Origin: Armatimonadota bacterium
Lineage (GTDB): Bacteria > Armatimonadota > UBA10988
Direction of reading: 5' to 3'
NCBI GenBank assembly: GCA_016235455.1
Contig: JACRKZ010000105.1
Coordinates: 1-51,315 of the forward strand
DNA length: 51,315 bases
Shown here in pieces: positions 35,225 to 46,857 of the stretch (its first letter is position 1; every line of letters starts with the position of its first letter). A model generated the notes under the pieces. That model worked only from the letters and a program-made list of their open reading frames with translations, did no database searches and was not told the DNA's origin. The position numbers were made by a program, and so were the translations under genes.

Positions 35225-36424
35225 ATGGCCGAGACGAAGTACCAGGTGCGCGCCACCCGCTGCGCGCACGACAGCGACGACGCGAGCGTTCTGGCAGCCC
35301 TGCGCGGCATCACCGACCCCTTGACCCAGGCTTGGGCCAAGCTGGAGTCGGCGCGCACGATTGCCATCAAGATCAACATGGTCTGGCCGCCCGAGCGCAT
35401 CCGCATGACCGCCGGACGGCGACAGGAACTGGTCGACGAGTCGGTCATCCGCGCGCTGTTCACGCTGCTGCGCGAGCGCACCGCGGCCCAGATCGCCGTA
35501 GTCGACACGTCGCTGGAGCACGACCTGCACGACCTGCATTTCATGGACCTGCTGGGCGAGTATGGTGTGAGTTTCGTCAACGCCAACGAGGCGCCCGCGC
35601 GCTGGGCCGACACGCCTGACGGCGGCACCATGTTCGGGCGCTACTTCCTGCCCGAGGCCATGCTCGATGCCGACGCCACCATCTCGCTGGCCACGCTCAA
35701 GTCGCACAACTTCATGGGCGTGACCCTTTGCACCAAGAACCTGTTTGGCCTCTGCCCCGTGCGGCGCGACAACCGGCCGCGGCACTACTTCCATCACATC
35801 GTGCGGCTGTCCTATGCGCTGCCCGACCTGGCGGCGATCATGCGCCCGACGCTGAACATCGTCGACGGGCTGGTGGCCCAGAGCGGAGTCGAGTGGGGTG
35901 GTGACCCGCGCATCACCGACTGCCTGCTGGCCGGTGACCACACGCTGGCTACCGACGTCTGCGGCGCGACGCTGATGGGCAACGACCCCTACGGTGATTT
36001 CCCCACGCCGCCCTACCGACGTGACCGCAACCATCTGCTGGTCGGCGCCGAGAAGGGCTGGGGCCCGAGCAGCCTCGACCAGATCGACTTTCAGCACGAC
36101 CTGAGCCTGCCCGTGGCGCAGTTCGACTCCAACGCCACCGACCCGCCCGAGCGCGTCGCCGCCTGGCACCGCAGCATGAACGAGCAGGCGCTGCACTACG
36201 CGGCCGACCCGGCACCCTACCTGGCGCAGTACCCGCACGAGTACATCCTGCTCCAGGACGGTGTGGTGCTGTGGCATGGCGAATGGTATGGCCACGGCGT
36301 GAGCCGCCGCGACCTGGCCGCTGCCAAGCCCGACCGCGCCATCTGGCTCAAGTACGTCGATCCCGACGAGACCGAAGCCGAGCATTTCGAGGTCTACCGG
36401 CACGTGCTGGGCGGCGAGTGCTAG
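35225..36424 (+). CDS. DUF362 family protein
   Basis: IAIKINM, ISLATLKSH, GVTLCTKNLFG, PTLNIVDG, A.D..A..LMG. Confidence 0.8.
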   Translation: MAETKYQVRATRCAHDSDDASVLAALRGITDPLTQAWAKLESARTIAIKINMVWPPERIRMTAGRRQELVDESVIRALFTLLRERTAAQIAVVDTSLEHDLHDLHFMDLLGEYGVSFVNANEAPARWADTPDGGTMFGRYFLPEAMLDADATISLATLKSHNFMGVTLCTKNLFGLCPVRRDNRPRHYFHHIVRLSYALPDLAAIMRPTLNIVDGLVAQSGVEWGGDPRITDCLLAGDHTLATDVCGATLMGNDPYGDFPTPPYRRDRNHLLVGAEKGWGPSSLDQIDFQHDLSLPVAQFDSNATDPPERVAAWHRSMNEQALHYAADPAPYLAQYPHEYILLQDGVVLWHGEWYGHGVSRRDLAAAKPDRAIWLKYVDPDETEAEHFEVYRHVLGGEC

Positions 36425-36451
36425 ACTGGTTGATGGGGATGGAGCGGCGCG

Positions 36452-37951
36452 ATGGTCCTCGGACCAGCCGAACTCGACAGCTTGGAGTCACTGCGCGGCC
36501 GGGAGTGGGTTGAGACCGACGGTCTGGGCAGCTATGCCTCTTCCACCGTGGCGGGTATTCACACCCGGCGTCGCCATGCCTGGCTGGCCGCCGCCGGACG
36601 CGATGGTCAGACCCGCGTGCTCCTGGCCAAGTTCGAGGAGGCCGCCTTCGTCGATGGCATGCGCCACGACCTGGGCGCCAACCAGTACTCCGATGTCGTG
36701 CACCCCGAAGGCTACCGCTACCTGAGCGGCTTCAGGCTCGACCCCTGGCCAGTCTGGACCTATCGTCTCGGCTGCGCCGTGCTGGAACGGCATCTGGCGC
36801 TGCTGCACGGCAGCCAGACGTTGGTCATCGTCTACCACCTGGTGTCGGCGCCGACGGCGGTGTCGCTCGAACTGCGGCCGCTGGTCGCCGGTCGCGCCAT
36901 CGACCAGACGCGCGGTGAGAACTCCCTGTTCGACCGCGGCGTGCGTAGCCGGGGCGAGCAGCTCGAGCTGGTGCCCTACGAGCGGCAGAGCCGGCTCGTG
37001 CTGACCTGGCCGGGCGCCAACTTCATGTCCGATGGCTACTGGTACTACCAGTTCCAGTACCGGCTCGACGGCGCGCGCGAGGATCTGTTCAGCCCAGGCC
37101 TGCTGCTGACCACGCTGCATGAGGGCGAGCGGATGCTGATGGCCGCCAGCACGGCGCCGCTCGACGGGCTGGATCTCGACGTGGCGCTGAGCCTGGAGGC
37201 CGACCGGCGGCGGCGTCTGGCGGCGGCTTGTCGTTGGCCCGCCGACGAGGCGGCCAGCCGGCTGGCGCTGTCCGCCGACCAGTGGGTGCAGCATCGTCGA
37301 CGTCACAACAGCATCGGTGCGCTCTGGCTCGATGCCGAGCCGCCGAGCGAAGCCGAGGTGCTGCGCTTCCTGCCGGGCCTGGCACTGTTGGCCGGGCGCG
37401 CCGACCTGGCCAGCGAGATGCTGCTGGCCGCGCCGGTCGGGCTGTGGACAGCGTGGGTCGCGGAGCGGCTCGGCCTGGCCGAGGCGCTGCGGCCGGCGGT
37501 GGAGGCCTGGGTCAGGTCAGTGCGGGACGGCGTCGAGCCCGGCCTGCGCGAGACCGAAGGTTGGCTGGAGTCCCTGGATGGTACCTGGTCCGAGACCAAC
37601 CTGCTGTGGCGCGCCAGCCTGCGCCTGGCCGGCGACGAGGCAGCCGAGACGACACTCGAATTGCGCCGTCGTTGGCCGGAGGACGGCTCGCCGCTGCTGC
37701 TCTGCGAGCCGGGTCTGCTGGACGACGAGGTGGTGCGGCAGGCGCTGGCGCGGGGCTGCGAGGATGACGATCCGTGGCCGCAGGCCTGCTATGCTCAGGC
37801 GGCCAAAAGACTGGGTATGGACTGGCGGCAGCCTGACCTGACCCAACTCCGCGAAGGGTTGCTGGGTCAGGTGGACGATGGTGATATCGGTGCCCTGGCC
37901 GGACTGATGTGGTGGCTCAGCGCCGCGCCTCAGCCACAGAGCCAGGCGTAA
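36452..37951 (+). CDS. Glycogen debranching enzyme N-terminal domain protein with degenerate amylo-alpha-1,6-glucosidase C-terminus
   Basis: REWVETDGLGSYASSTV.G..TRR.H, HPEGYRYL..F, LELRPL, WYY.F.Y, EDLFSPG; the C-terminal half is short and lacks the AGYPWF/WGRD motif. Confidence 0.75.
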   Translation: MVLGPAELDSLESLRGREWVETDGLGSYASSTVAGIHTRRRHAWLAAAGRDGQTRVLLAKFEEAAFVDGMRHDLGANQYSDVVHPEGYRYLSGFRLDPWPVWTYRLGCAVLERHLALLHGSQTLVIVYHLVSAPTAVSLELRPLVAGRAIDQTRGENSLFDRGVRSRGEQLELVPYERQSRLVLTWPGANFMSDGYWYYQFQYRLDGAREDLFSPGLLLTTLHEGERMLMAASTAPLDGLDLDVALSLEADRRRRLAAACRWPADEAASRLALSADQWVQHRRRHNSIGALWLDAEPPSEAEVLRFLPGLALLAGRADLASEMLLAAPVGLWTAWVAERLGLAEALRPAVEAWVRSVRDGVEPGLRETEGWLESLDGTWSETNLLWRASLRLAGDEAAETTLELRRRWPEDGSPLLLCEPGLLDDEVVRQALARGCEDDDPWPQACYAQAAKRLGMDWRQPDLTQLREGLLGQVDDGDIGALAGLMWWLSAAPQPQSQA

Positions 37952-38274
37952 GCCCCCGGCATCCAGGTGGCCAGCAGCCATAGGCTGAGGCCGATGGTGC
38001 CACAGATGATGCCCGTGAGTGCCTGCTTCTCACGCCGGCCCGGCGTGCGCTGGGCGGCCCAGCCGGTCACCACCGCCGTGGCGCCGAACAGCAGGCCCAG
38101 GAAGCGATGGCCTGGCGTGCCCATGCACAGGAACAGCGACGCCACACCCGAGACGAGCGCGATGAGCGCCAGATCGTCGGGCGCCACTTCCTTGGCCATG
38201 CCGCAGCTGCAGCTCCCGCCGCAGCAGGACTCGTCGTCCTCGGTCGGCTCCAAGGTCTGATCATCGTCAGCCAT
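37930..38274 (-). CDS. Small membrane protein (DUF4190-like) with N-terminal Cys cluster
   Basis: GAGGAG RBS; acidic N-terminus, CCGGSCSCG, then ALVSGVASL...AVVTG...ALTGIICGTIG. Confidence 0.7.
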   Translation of the reverse strand: MADDDQTLEPTEDDESCCGGSCSCGMAKEVAPDDLALIALVSGVASLFLCMGTPGHRFLGLLFGATAVVTGWAAQRTPGRREKQALTGIICGTIGLSLWLLATWMPGAYAWLCG

Positions 38275-38399
38275 GATCTGTCTCCTCTTCCCGACCAACG
38301 CCGTCGGATAACCCTGGAGTTCCCCGCAGCGCAACCGAGTCCTTTGACACAAGGAGAATAGCGGGCTGCGCCGAACCGCTCTGCTCTGAGGGAACGCGA

Positions 38400-40286
38400 A
38401 TGCAGATGTGGGTGGCTGGTGCGCTGTTGACTGGCGCGCTGTGCGCTGGCGCCGCTGGCGCTGGCGCCGAAGTGCCGCGCGCGGTGCCGTTCACCGCCGT
38501 GCGGCTCAATGACTCGTTTTGGGCGCCCAAACTCAAGGTCTACCGCGAGCGCAGCATCCCGAACTCATGGCAGTATGTGCAGCGCGAGATCGAGGATAAC
38601 GAGATCGCCGCCGGGCTCCGGCAGATCGAGCGCGGCAACGACACGCCGTGGAACCAGGCCAACCTGCACAAGGTGCTCGAGACCTGCGGCTACGCGCTGG
38701 GCGAGGAGCCCAACCCCGAGCTCGACGCCAAGCTGACCGGCATCATCAGCGCCATTCGCGGCGCGCGCCAGCCCGATGGCTACTGCAACGCGCTGATCAC
38801 CGTGCGCAAGATCAAGCCCTGGAGCTGGCTCGACGGCCGGCACGAGGGCTATGTGGCGGGCCACCTGATCGAGGCCGCCGTGGCGCACTACCAGGCCACC
38901 GGCCGCACCGACTTCCTCGATGTGGCGCGCGGCGTGGCCGACAACATCTACCAGGTCTTCATGACCGACGGCAAGCCGGGCGTCTGCGGCCATGCCGAGC
39001 TGGAGTTGGCGCTGGTGCGGCTCTACCGCGTCACCGGCGAGAAGCGCTACCTGGATCTGGCCAAGGACTGGATCGAACGGCGCGGCAAGAAGTGGGCCTA
39101 CGACTCCGAGACGGTGCGCGCCTACTTCATGGACCACCTGCCCATCCGCGACGTGCAGGAGGTGACCGGCCACGCCGTGCGCACCATGTTCTACCTGACC
39201 GGCGTGGCCGATGTGGCCGCCGAGACGGGCGATGCCGGTCTGGCCGACGCCGCGCGGCGGTTGTTTATCGATACCACCCAGCGCCGCATGTACGTCAGCG
39301 GCTCCGTGGGCACGCAGGAGAAGGATGAGGGCTTCGGACCTGCCTATGAACTGCCCAACGAGGGCGGCTACGGTGAGTCCTGCGCGGCCTGCGGCATGGT
39401 CTACTATGCCGAGGCCATGTTCCGCCTGGACCGCGACGCCGGCGCCGCCGATGTCATGGAGCGCGTGCTCTACAACGCCGCGCTGCACGGCATCGCGCTC
39501 GACGGCTGCAGCACCTACTACCGCAACGCGCTGCATGACCAGAACCATCTGCGCGACAACTGCTGGGTGTGCTGCCCGCCGTGCCTGTCGCGCACGCTGT
39601 TGCGCGTGCCGGACTACGTCTATGCCACCGCGGGTCGCGACCTGTGGGTCAACCTCTACGCCGCCGGCGAAGCCACGGCGACCGTCGCTGGGCGGAAGGT
39701 CAAGCTCAGTCAGATCACTGGCTATCCATGGGATGGTCAGATCACGCTGGACGTCGATCCCGGCGCGCAACCCGCGGCCATGGCGCTGCGGCTGCGGCTG
39801 CCGGGCTGGGCGCCGAGCTTCGCGCTGCGCCTCAACGGCCAGGCCGTGGGCCAGCCGCGGCGCGAGAAGGGCTACTTGGTACTCGACCGTGAGTGGCGCG
39901 CGGGCGACCGCGTGGAACTCGACCTGCCGATGCCGGTGCAGCGCATCGCCGCGCACCCCAAGGTGGTCAGCAACGCGGGCCGCGTGGCGCTGATGCGCGG
40001 GCCGATCCTCTATGGCCTGGAGAGCCAGGACAACCCGACCGTCGAGCCGCGGCTGGGCGCCGATCCCGGCTTCCGCGCCGAGTGGCGCGGCGACCTGCTG
40101 GGCGGCGTGACCGCCATCCGCTTCCGCTCGGCCGATGCCACCGACCACCTGGCCATTCCCTATCACGCCATGGCCAATCGCGGCAACGCGACGCAGCGCG
40201 TGTGGCTGGCGCAGAACGACATGCCCACCGACACGGCTGGCTGGGACGGCCTGCTCTATCGGCCGTGGTCGCCGGCCGCCCGGTAG
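38400..40286 (+). CDS. GH127 beta-L-arabinofuranosidase family protein
   Basis: DSFWAP, HEGY.AGHLIEAAVA, GHAELELAL, GHAVR, EGFG, ESCAA, MERVLYN, CCPP, YPWDG, RLPGW, RGPILY. Confidence 0.92.
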   Translation: MQMWVAGALLTGALCAGAAGAGAEVPRAVPFTAVRLNDSFWAPKLKVYRERSIPNSWQYVQREIEDNEIAAGLRQIERGNDTPWNQANLHKVLETCGYALGEEPNPELDAKLTGIISAIRGARQPDGYCNALITVRKIKPWSWLDGRHEGYVAGHLIEAAVAHYQATGRTDFLDVARGVADNIYQVFMTDGKPGVCGHAELELALVRLYRVTGEKRYLDLAKDWIERRGKKWAYDSETVRAYFMDHLPIRDVQEVTGHAVRTMFYLTGVADVAAETGDAGLADAARRLFIDTTQRRMYVSGSVGTQEKDEGFGPAYELPNEGGYGESCAACGMVYYAEAMFRLDRDAGAADVMERVLYNAALHGIALDGCSTYYRNALHDQNHLRDNCWVCCPPCLSRTLLRVPDYVYATAGRDLWVNLYAAGEATATVAGRKVKLSQITGYPWDGQITLDVDPGAQPAAMALRLRLPGWAPSFALRLNGQAVGQPRREKGYLVLDREWRAGDRVELDLPMPVQRIAAHPKVVSNAGRVALMRGPILYGLESQDNPTVEPRLGADPGFRAEWRGDLLGGVTAIRFRSADATDHLAIPYHAMANRGNATQRVWLAQNDMPTDTAGWDGLLYRPWSPAAR

Positions 40287-40287
40287 C

Positions 40288-43113
40288 TCAGCGCACCATG
40301 GTCGTGCCCAGGTCGCGGGTGGTCTCGGCCTCGACGTTCTCGAGGAACAGGCCCTGGAACTGCCCCGGCTTGAGGTCGGCCGGAAGGTTCACAGTCACCT
40401 GATGGGTGGAGTCGGGCGTCAGGTTCGAGATGTCGGCGTAGAACCCGGTGAACGTGCGCTCCCGGCCCAGCGGGTAGACATCGCTGTAAGCCTTGACCAG
40501 CGGCACCTCGGCGCCGTCCACGGCCAGGCTGACGGTCATGGTGTCGACGACGTCGGCGATGTGCACGTACAGCAGCAAGCGGTCGGAGCCCAGCCAGGTG
40601 GCGCGCAGGTCGTCGGCCGTGTAGGGCACCGGCCACTCACGCCGGCGTCGCGCCAGCTGGTCGAAGATGCGCTGGGGCACGCTGAACTCGGCGCGGTAGG
40701 CGCGGCCCGCGAACCCGGGATCGTAGGCGCCCAAGGCCGGGCAGTGCTCCATGGCGCGGCCGGCGAACAGGACGTTCAGCCGCACCACGTCGCCGTCCTG
40801 CACAAAGGGCAGATCGCGGCCGTTCACGCTGACCTGGGCCACCTTGGCGCCGCGCGGCAGCAGCGCCGACAGGGCCGTCGTCGCGCCGCAGTCGCCGGCC
40901 ACGTTGGTCAGGGCGAGCCGGCCACCGGTCAGTGAGGCCGTGCCCAGCGCGCCCATCAGGAGCGGCCGCGGCAAGCCGGCCGCGGGCACCAGCTCCAACA
41001 CGACGGCCTGCGGACCCTTGATGGGCAGGACGACAGGGTCACCCCGATGCCACACGCCGCCCTTGGGCCCGGCGAGGAGCCGGCCGTCGCGTGGGTAGAC
41101 CTCGCGCAGCACGAAGCCCTCGCCGCGGGTCAGGCCGATGCTCTGGTCAAGCGTGAAGCGCGCTTCCAGTCCGCGGTAGTTGGGGTTGAACAGAAACACG
41201 AAGCCGTGATCGCCGTCGACCGCGGCGGTGCCGTCGATCAGGCCCAGTGTGGGCGGGCCGAGGATGGGCCGCAGATGGCTCAACAGCGCGCGGTGACGAT
41301 CGGTCCAGTCAAGCCAGCCATGCAGCCAGCGCTGGTCGGCGGCGGCGAAGGCGGCGAACTCCGCCTCATCGCGCGCGGGGATCAGGTTGACCACATGGTT
41401 GAACGGCGCGGTGCCGATCGACGATAGGACTGAGTACTTCCAGCCCAGCAGGTCCCAGTCGCGGGTGCGGAAGGCGCGGTCACGCACACACTCGCCCTTC
41501 TCGTTGTTGCGCGGGGTCTGGTGGGTCAGGTAGCCAGGCACGGTGACCAGCGGCGCGAAGGCCTCCTGGCGGTAGTACCACGCGGCCCAGCGCTGCCGGT
41601 CGCCCGAGACCCGATCGAAATGCAGGTCGGGGAAGTTCTCGAAGCTGCCCGGTTGCTCGTCGCTGGTGGTCGGGTGGGGGTAGGTGCCGGCCAGCCAGGT
41701 CCACGGGCCGAACCACTGATACTGCTGGCGCCCGTCGATGACCGCGTCGGGCAGGCGCTCACGCAGTTGCTCCAGAATGCGCCGGCAGCCGTTCCACTGG
41801 GCATACTTGCTGGTCGGCGTCAGGCCGTCGCGCGCCTCATAGGCGATCCACCAGTGGTCGAAGCAGTAGCCGCCGATGCTTGTGCGCCGAGCGAAACGCA
41901 CCAGCAGGTCGACATACCAGTCCTGGAAGCTGCGGTTGCCCGTGTCGACGCCCTGGTAGCCGCCCGTTTTGCCACCGCACCAGGCCGTCCATTCGGGATT
42001 CTGCTTGAAGCCGAGTGTCGGATAGGCGTAAGCCACCAGCTTGATGCGCTTCGCCTTGGCATAGTCGAGCATGGCCTGGATGGGCGCCGGGATGGGGTCG
42101 GTATCGACCTTCCACTCGCCGCTGCGCACCTTCGGGCCCAGGCCGAGGAACAGCACGTTCTCCCAGCCCCAGGCGTCCCGGCTGTCCTCGATGCGGCTGA
42201 CCGAGTAGACGCCCGGCGTGAACAGCGTGTGGTCACAGCCCACGGCCACTGCCTGGTCGATGATGCGCCGGTATTCGGTCGCGCCGGCGGGCGTGCTGAC
42301 GTCGATCTGGTAGTCGTTCTCGCACCACGGCACATGCACCTTGGCGCTGCGGGTCGGCTGGAACCGCAGGAACGCCTCGACGCAGCGGGTCACGGCCTCG
42401 GTCTCGGCCCAGTCCACCTGCGCCTTGCCATCGAAGGCCTGTGCGGGCGACGGCACATACCGCCACTCGGGTGTGCCGCGCTGGGGCCAGGCGACACCGC
42501 TGAGCCGATAGAGGCCCAGGCAGACGCGGTCAGAGACGAACGGGCCGTCGGCGGCACGCCAGGCCATGTCGGCCTGATAGCCGAGGCTGGCGTGCGGCGC
42601 TTGCCAGGACCACTGCAGGAAGGGGTTCTGAAGCACCAGGAACGCACCGGCATCGCCCGGCTTCTCGCCCAGGCGCAGGAAGACCGCGCCACTGGGTCCG
42701 CTGGCCCGTCGTGCGACGGCCACGGCAGGTTCCATCTGCGCCGTCAGCACCTCAACTCGCTCGATCCTGGCCTCACTGCCCTTGGGCAGAGCCAGGCGGA
42801 GCTGCTTGCTGACAAAGCGCCAGCCAGGCCGCAGTTCGTAGACGACCTCAACCCGGCCACGCGCCGTGTCAAAGGCGTACACCACCATCGTCGCGGTCTG
42901 GGTCACGGCAGCCGGCGCGCGTTCCGGCACGGCGAGGGTCTGGCCCGCCACGGTGAGTGTCGCCGACTCGGCCGAGACGCCAAGCGACTGGCCAAGCACG
43001 CGGTCCGTGAGCCGCGCCAGCCCGGTTGGCCCGAACTCGGCGGTGATCACGTCGTTGCGCAGCGAGACGGCGGGCGCGGCCGCCACGCAGACCATGAGCA
43101 GAGGCATGAGCAT
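40288..43113 (-). CDS. Large secreted hypothetical protein, probable glycoside hydrolase
   Basis: GGGAG RBS, signal peptide, central TIM-barrel-like region (WCENDYQID, YCFDHWW, IDGRQ), C-terminal beta domains (GFVFLFNPN). Confidence 0.65.
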   Translation of the reverse strand: MLMPLLMVCVAAAPAVSLRNDVITAEFGPTGLARLTDRVLGQSLGVSAESATLTVAGQTLAVPERAPAAVTQTATMVVYAFDTARGRVEVVYELRPGWRFVSKQLRLALPKGSEARIERVEVLTAQMEPAVAVARRASGPSGAVFLRLGEKPGDAGAFLVLQNPFLQWSWQAPHASLGYQADMAWRAADGPFVSDRVCLGLYRLSGVAWPQRGTPEWRYVPSPAQAFDGKAQVDWAETEAVTRCVEAFLRFQPTRSAKVHVPWCENDYQIDVSTPAGATEYRRIIDQAVAVGCDHTLFTPGVYSVSRIEDSRDAWGWENVLFLGLGPKVRSGEWKVDTDPIPAPIQAMLDYAKAKRIKLVAYAYPTLGFKQNPEWTAWCGGKTGGYQGVDTGNRSFQDWYVDLLVRFARRTSIGGYCFDHWWIAYEARDGLTPTSKYAQWNGCRRILEQLRERLPDAVIDGRQQYQWFGPWTWLAGTYPHPTTSDEQPGSFENFPDLHFDRVSGDRQRWAAWYYRQEAFAPLVTVPGYLTHQTPRNNEKGECVRDRAFRTRDWDLLGWKYSVLSSIGTAPFNHVVNLIPARDEAEFAAFAAADQRWLHGWLDWTDRHRALLSHLRPILGPPTLGLIDGTAAVDGDHGFVFLFNPNYRGLEARFTLDQSIGLTRGEGFVLREVYPRDGRLLAGPKGGVWHRGDPVVLPIKGPQAVVLELVPAAGLPRPLLMGALGTASLTGGRLALTNVAGDCGATTALSALLPRGAKVAQVSVNGRDLPFVQDGDVVRLNVLFAGRAMEHCPALGAYDPGFAGRAYRAEFSVPQRIFDQLARRRREWPVPYTADDLRATWLGSDRLLLYVHIADVVDTMTVSLAVDGAEVPLVKAYSDVYPLGRERTFTGFYADISNLTPDSTHQVTVNLPADLKPGQFQGLFLENVEAETTRDLGTTMVR

Positions 43114-43174
43114 TGCCAGGACTCCCGGCGAGGAGCTTGGACACGCCGGGCGCCGACACCTGCCTCGCCGACCC

Positions 43175-44452
43175 TCAGTTGGCGCGCAATGGCAGGCACA
43201 CGGTCATGGTGGTGCCCTGGCCTTCGGCGGTGAGCACCTCAACCTGGCCGCCATGGCCCTCGGCCACGCGCTGCACGATGGCCGTGCCGAGGCCCGTGCC
43301 CTTGACCTTGCCCTCGGTGAAGAACGGCTCGAACAGCCGCTTGCGGACCTCGGGCGACATGCCTACCCCGGTGTCCTGCACGCTGAGGTACACAAACTGC
43401 GCGTCACTGGCGGCACGCAGCGTCAGCGTGCCGCCCTCGGGCATGGCGTCACGGGCGTTGGCGATGAGGTTGGACAGGGCGCGATCGACCTGGAGCGGGT
43501 CGAACGCCGCCGACTCGGCCTGGATGTCCAGCAGCAGCTCGATTTGCGCACGCTCCAGCACAGCGCGATGCGCCTCGGCCACCTCGGCCAGGAACCGGCG
43601 TAGGGACACGCTCTGCACCTTGAGCGTGCGGTTGCCGCGGGCGAAGTCGAGCAACTCCTGCATCATCTCGACCATGCGGTCGGACTCAGTGGTGATCAGA
43701 TCGACAAAGCGTTGGGTCTCCGGCGCAACGCGGCCGCAAAGCTCGGCCGCACCCCGGATGATCAGCACAGAGTTCTTGAAGTCATGCACCATGGAGCCGG
43801 CCAGTTGGCCGACGGAAGCCAGGCGTTCGGTTTCGAGTCGGCGCAGGTGCGGGCCCATTTGCACCGCCAGCGCCTCCACCAACTCGATATCGCCGGGCGT
43901 AAACTCGCCGCGCGGCGTGCCGGGCAGGCCCGTACCACCACCCAGCAGCGAGATGATCAGTTGTCGGTCGCGGTCGAGGTCGACCGGCATTGACAGGGCC
44001 GACGAGTCGTCATCCTCGGCCGACGTGAGCCAGCCGCGCTGGGCCATGCCGCCGCGCACCACGCGGATCGGGCAGTGGCGCTGGGTGGCCAGGCCGGGCA
44101 GGCTGGCATCGCCGACTTCATGCGACTCGCGCAGCCAGCCGCCGCCGTAGTGAGCCGACGGGACGAGCGTTTCGCCATCACGGCGATGCACGGCGCCGGC
44201 GCCGGCGCCGGTGGCTTCGCGCACCAGCTCCAACAGCGCCCGGTAAAGCTCTTCCTCGGTCTGGGCGGCGGTGAACCGCTCGGCCGCGCGCCGCATCAGG
44301 CGCAGCATCTCGGTGCGCGCCGCGCTGGCACTGTCGCTGGCCTTGCAGCTTGACCAGGTCTGGCCCGAGCCACGACCCAGAGCGCTCGCCAACTCACCCA
44401 TCTGGCCGCCCGCCAGAACTGAAAGTCGCCTGCCAACATTCGCCAAGCTCAT
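43175..44452 (-). CDS. GAF-domain sensor histidine kinase
   Basis: GAF (…EFTPGDIELVEALA), ERLASVGQLAGSMVHDFKN, NLIANARDAM, DTGVGM, LFEPFFT, GTGLG; GGAGAG RBS. Confidence 0.92.
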   Translation of the reverse strand: MSLANVGRRLSVLAGGQMGELASALGRGSGQTWSSCKASDSASAARTEMLRLMRRAAERFTAAQTEEELYRALLELVREATGAGAGAVHRRDGETLVPSAHYGGGWLRESHEVGDASLPGLATQRHCPIRVVRGGMAQRGWLTSAEDDDSSALSMPVDLDRDRQLIISLLGGGTGLPGTPRGEFTPGDIELVEALAVQMGPHLRRLETERLASVGQLAGSMVHDFKNSVLIIRGAAELCGRVAPETQRFVDLITTESDRMVEMMQELLDFARGNRTLKVQSVSLRRFLAEVAEAHRAVLERAQIELLLDIQAESAAFDPLQVDRALSNLIANARDAMPEGGTLTLRAASDAQFVYLSVQDTGVGMSPEVRKRLFEPFFTEGKVKGTGLGTAIVQRVAEGHGGQVEVLTAEGQGTTMTVCLPLRAN

Positions 44453-44508
44453 GGTGCTCTCCACCGGAGCGGGTCGGTGCTGGTTCCCGCTTCCGTGTTG
44501 GAGAGACT

Positions 44509-44559
44509 CTCCCACAGCACCCTTACAGATCCCTTACAGGGTGTGCGGCGCGCTGTAAG
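44509..44559 (-). promoter_or_regulatory. Tandem 11-bp-period direct repeats upstream of the GAF kinase (candidate regulator site)
   Basis: CTCCCACAG (44509), CCCTTACAG (44520), CCCTTACAG (44531), plus inverted CTGTAAG (44553-44559). Confidence 0.45.
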
Positions 44560-44561
44560 AG

Positions 44562-44658
44562 TGGCGTGGGGCGTCGGGCGTGACGCGCTTCGCGCGCTGG
44601 GCGTGGGGGTGAGACGACGGTGCCGGGGCGTGGTCCGTCTGACCCACGCCCCACGCCA
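44562..44658. repeat. Intergenic inverted repeat element
   Basis: Perfect 13-bp arms TGGCGTGGGGCGT (44562-44574) and ACGCCCCACGCCA (44646-44658). Confidence 0.55.
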
Positions 44659-44705
44659 GTGCCAACCTGGTTGGCTACGCCTTACGCTGCGCGCGCTGCG
44701 CGCGG

Positions 44706-46838
<2,133 letters not shown>

Positions 46839-46857
46839 GTTGCCTATCTGACCTGCG

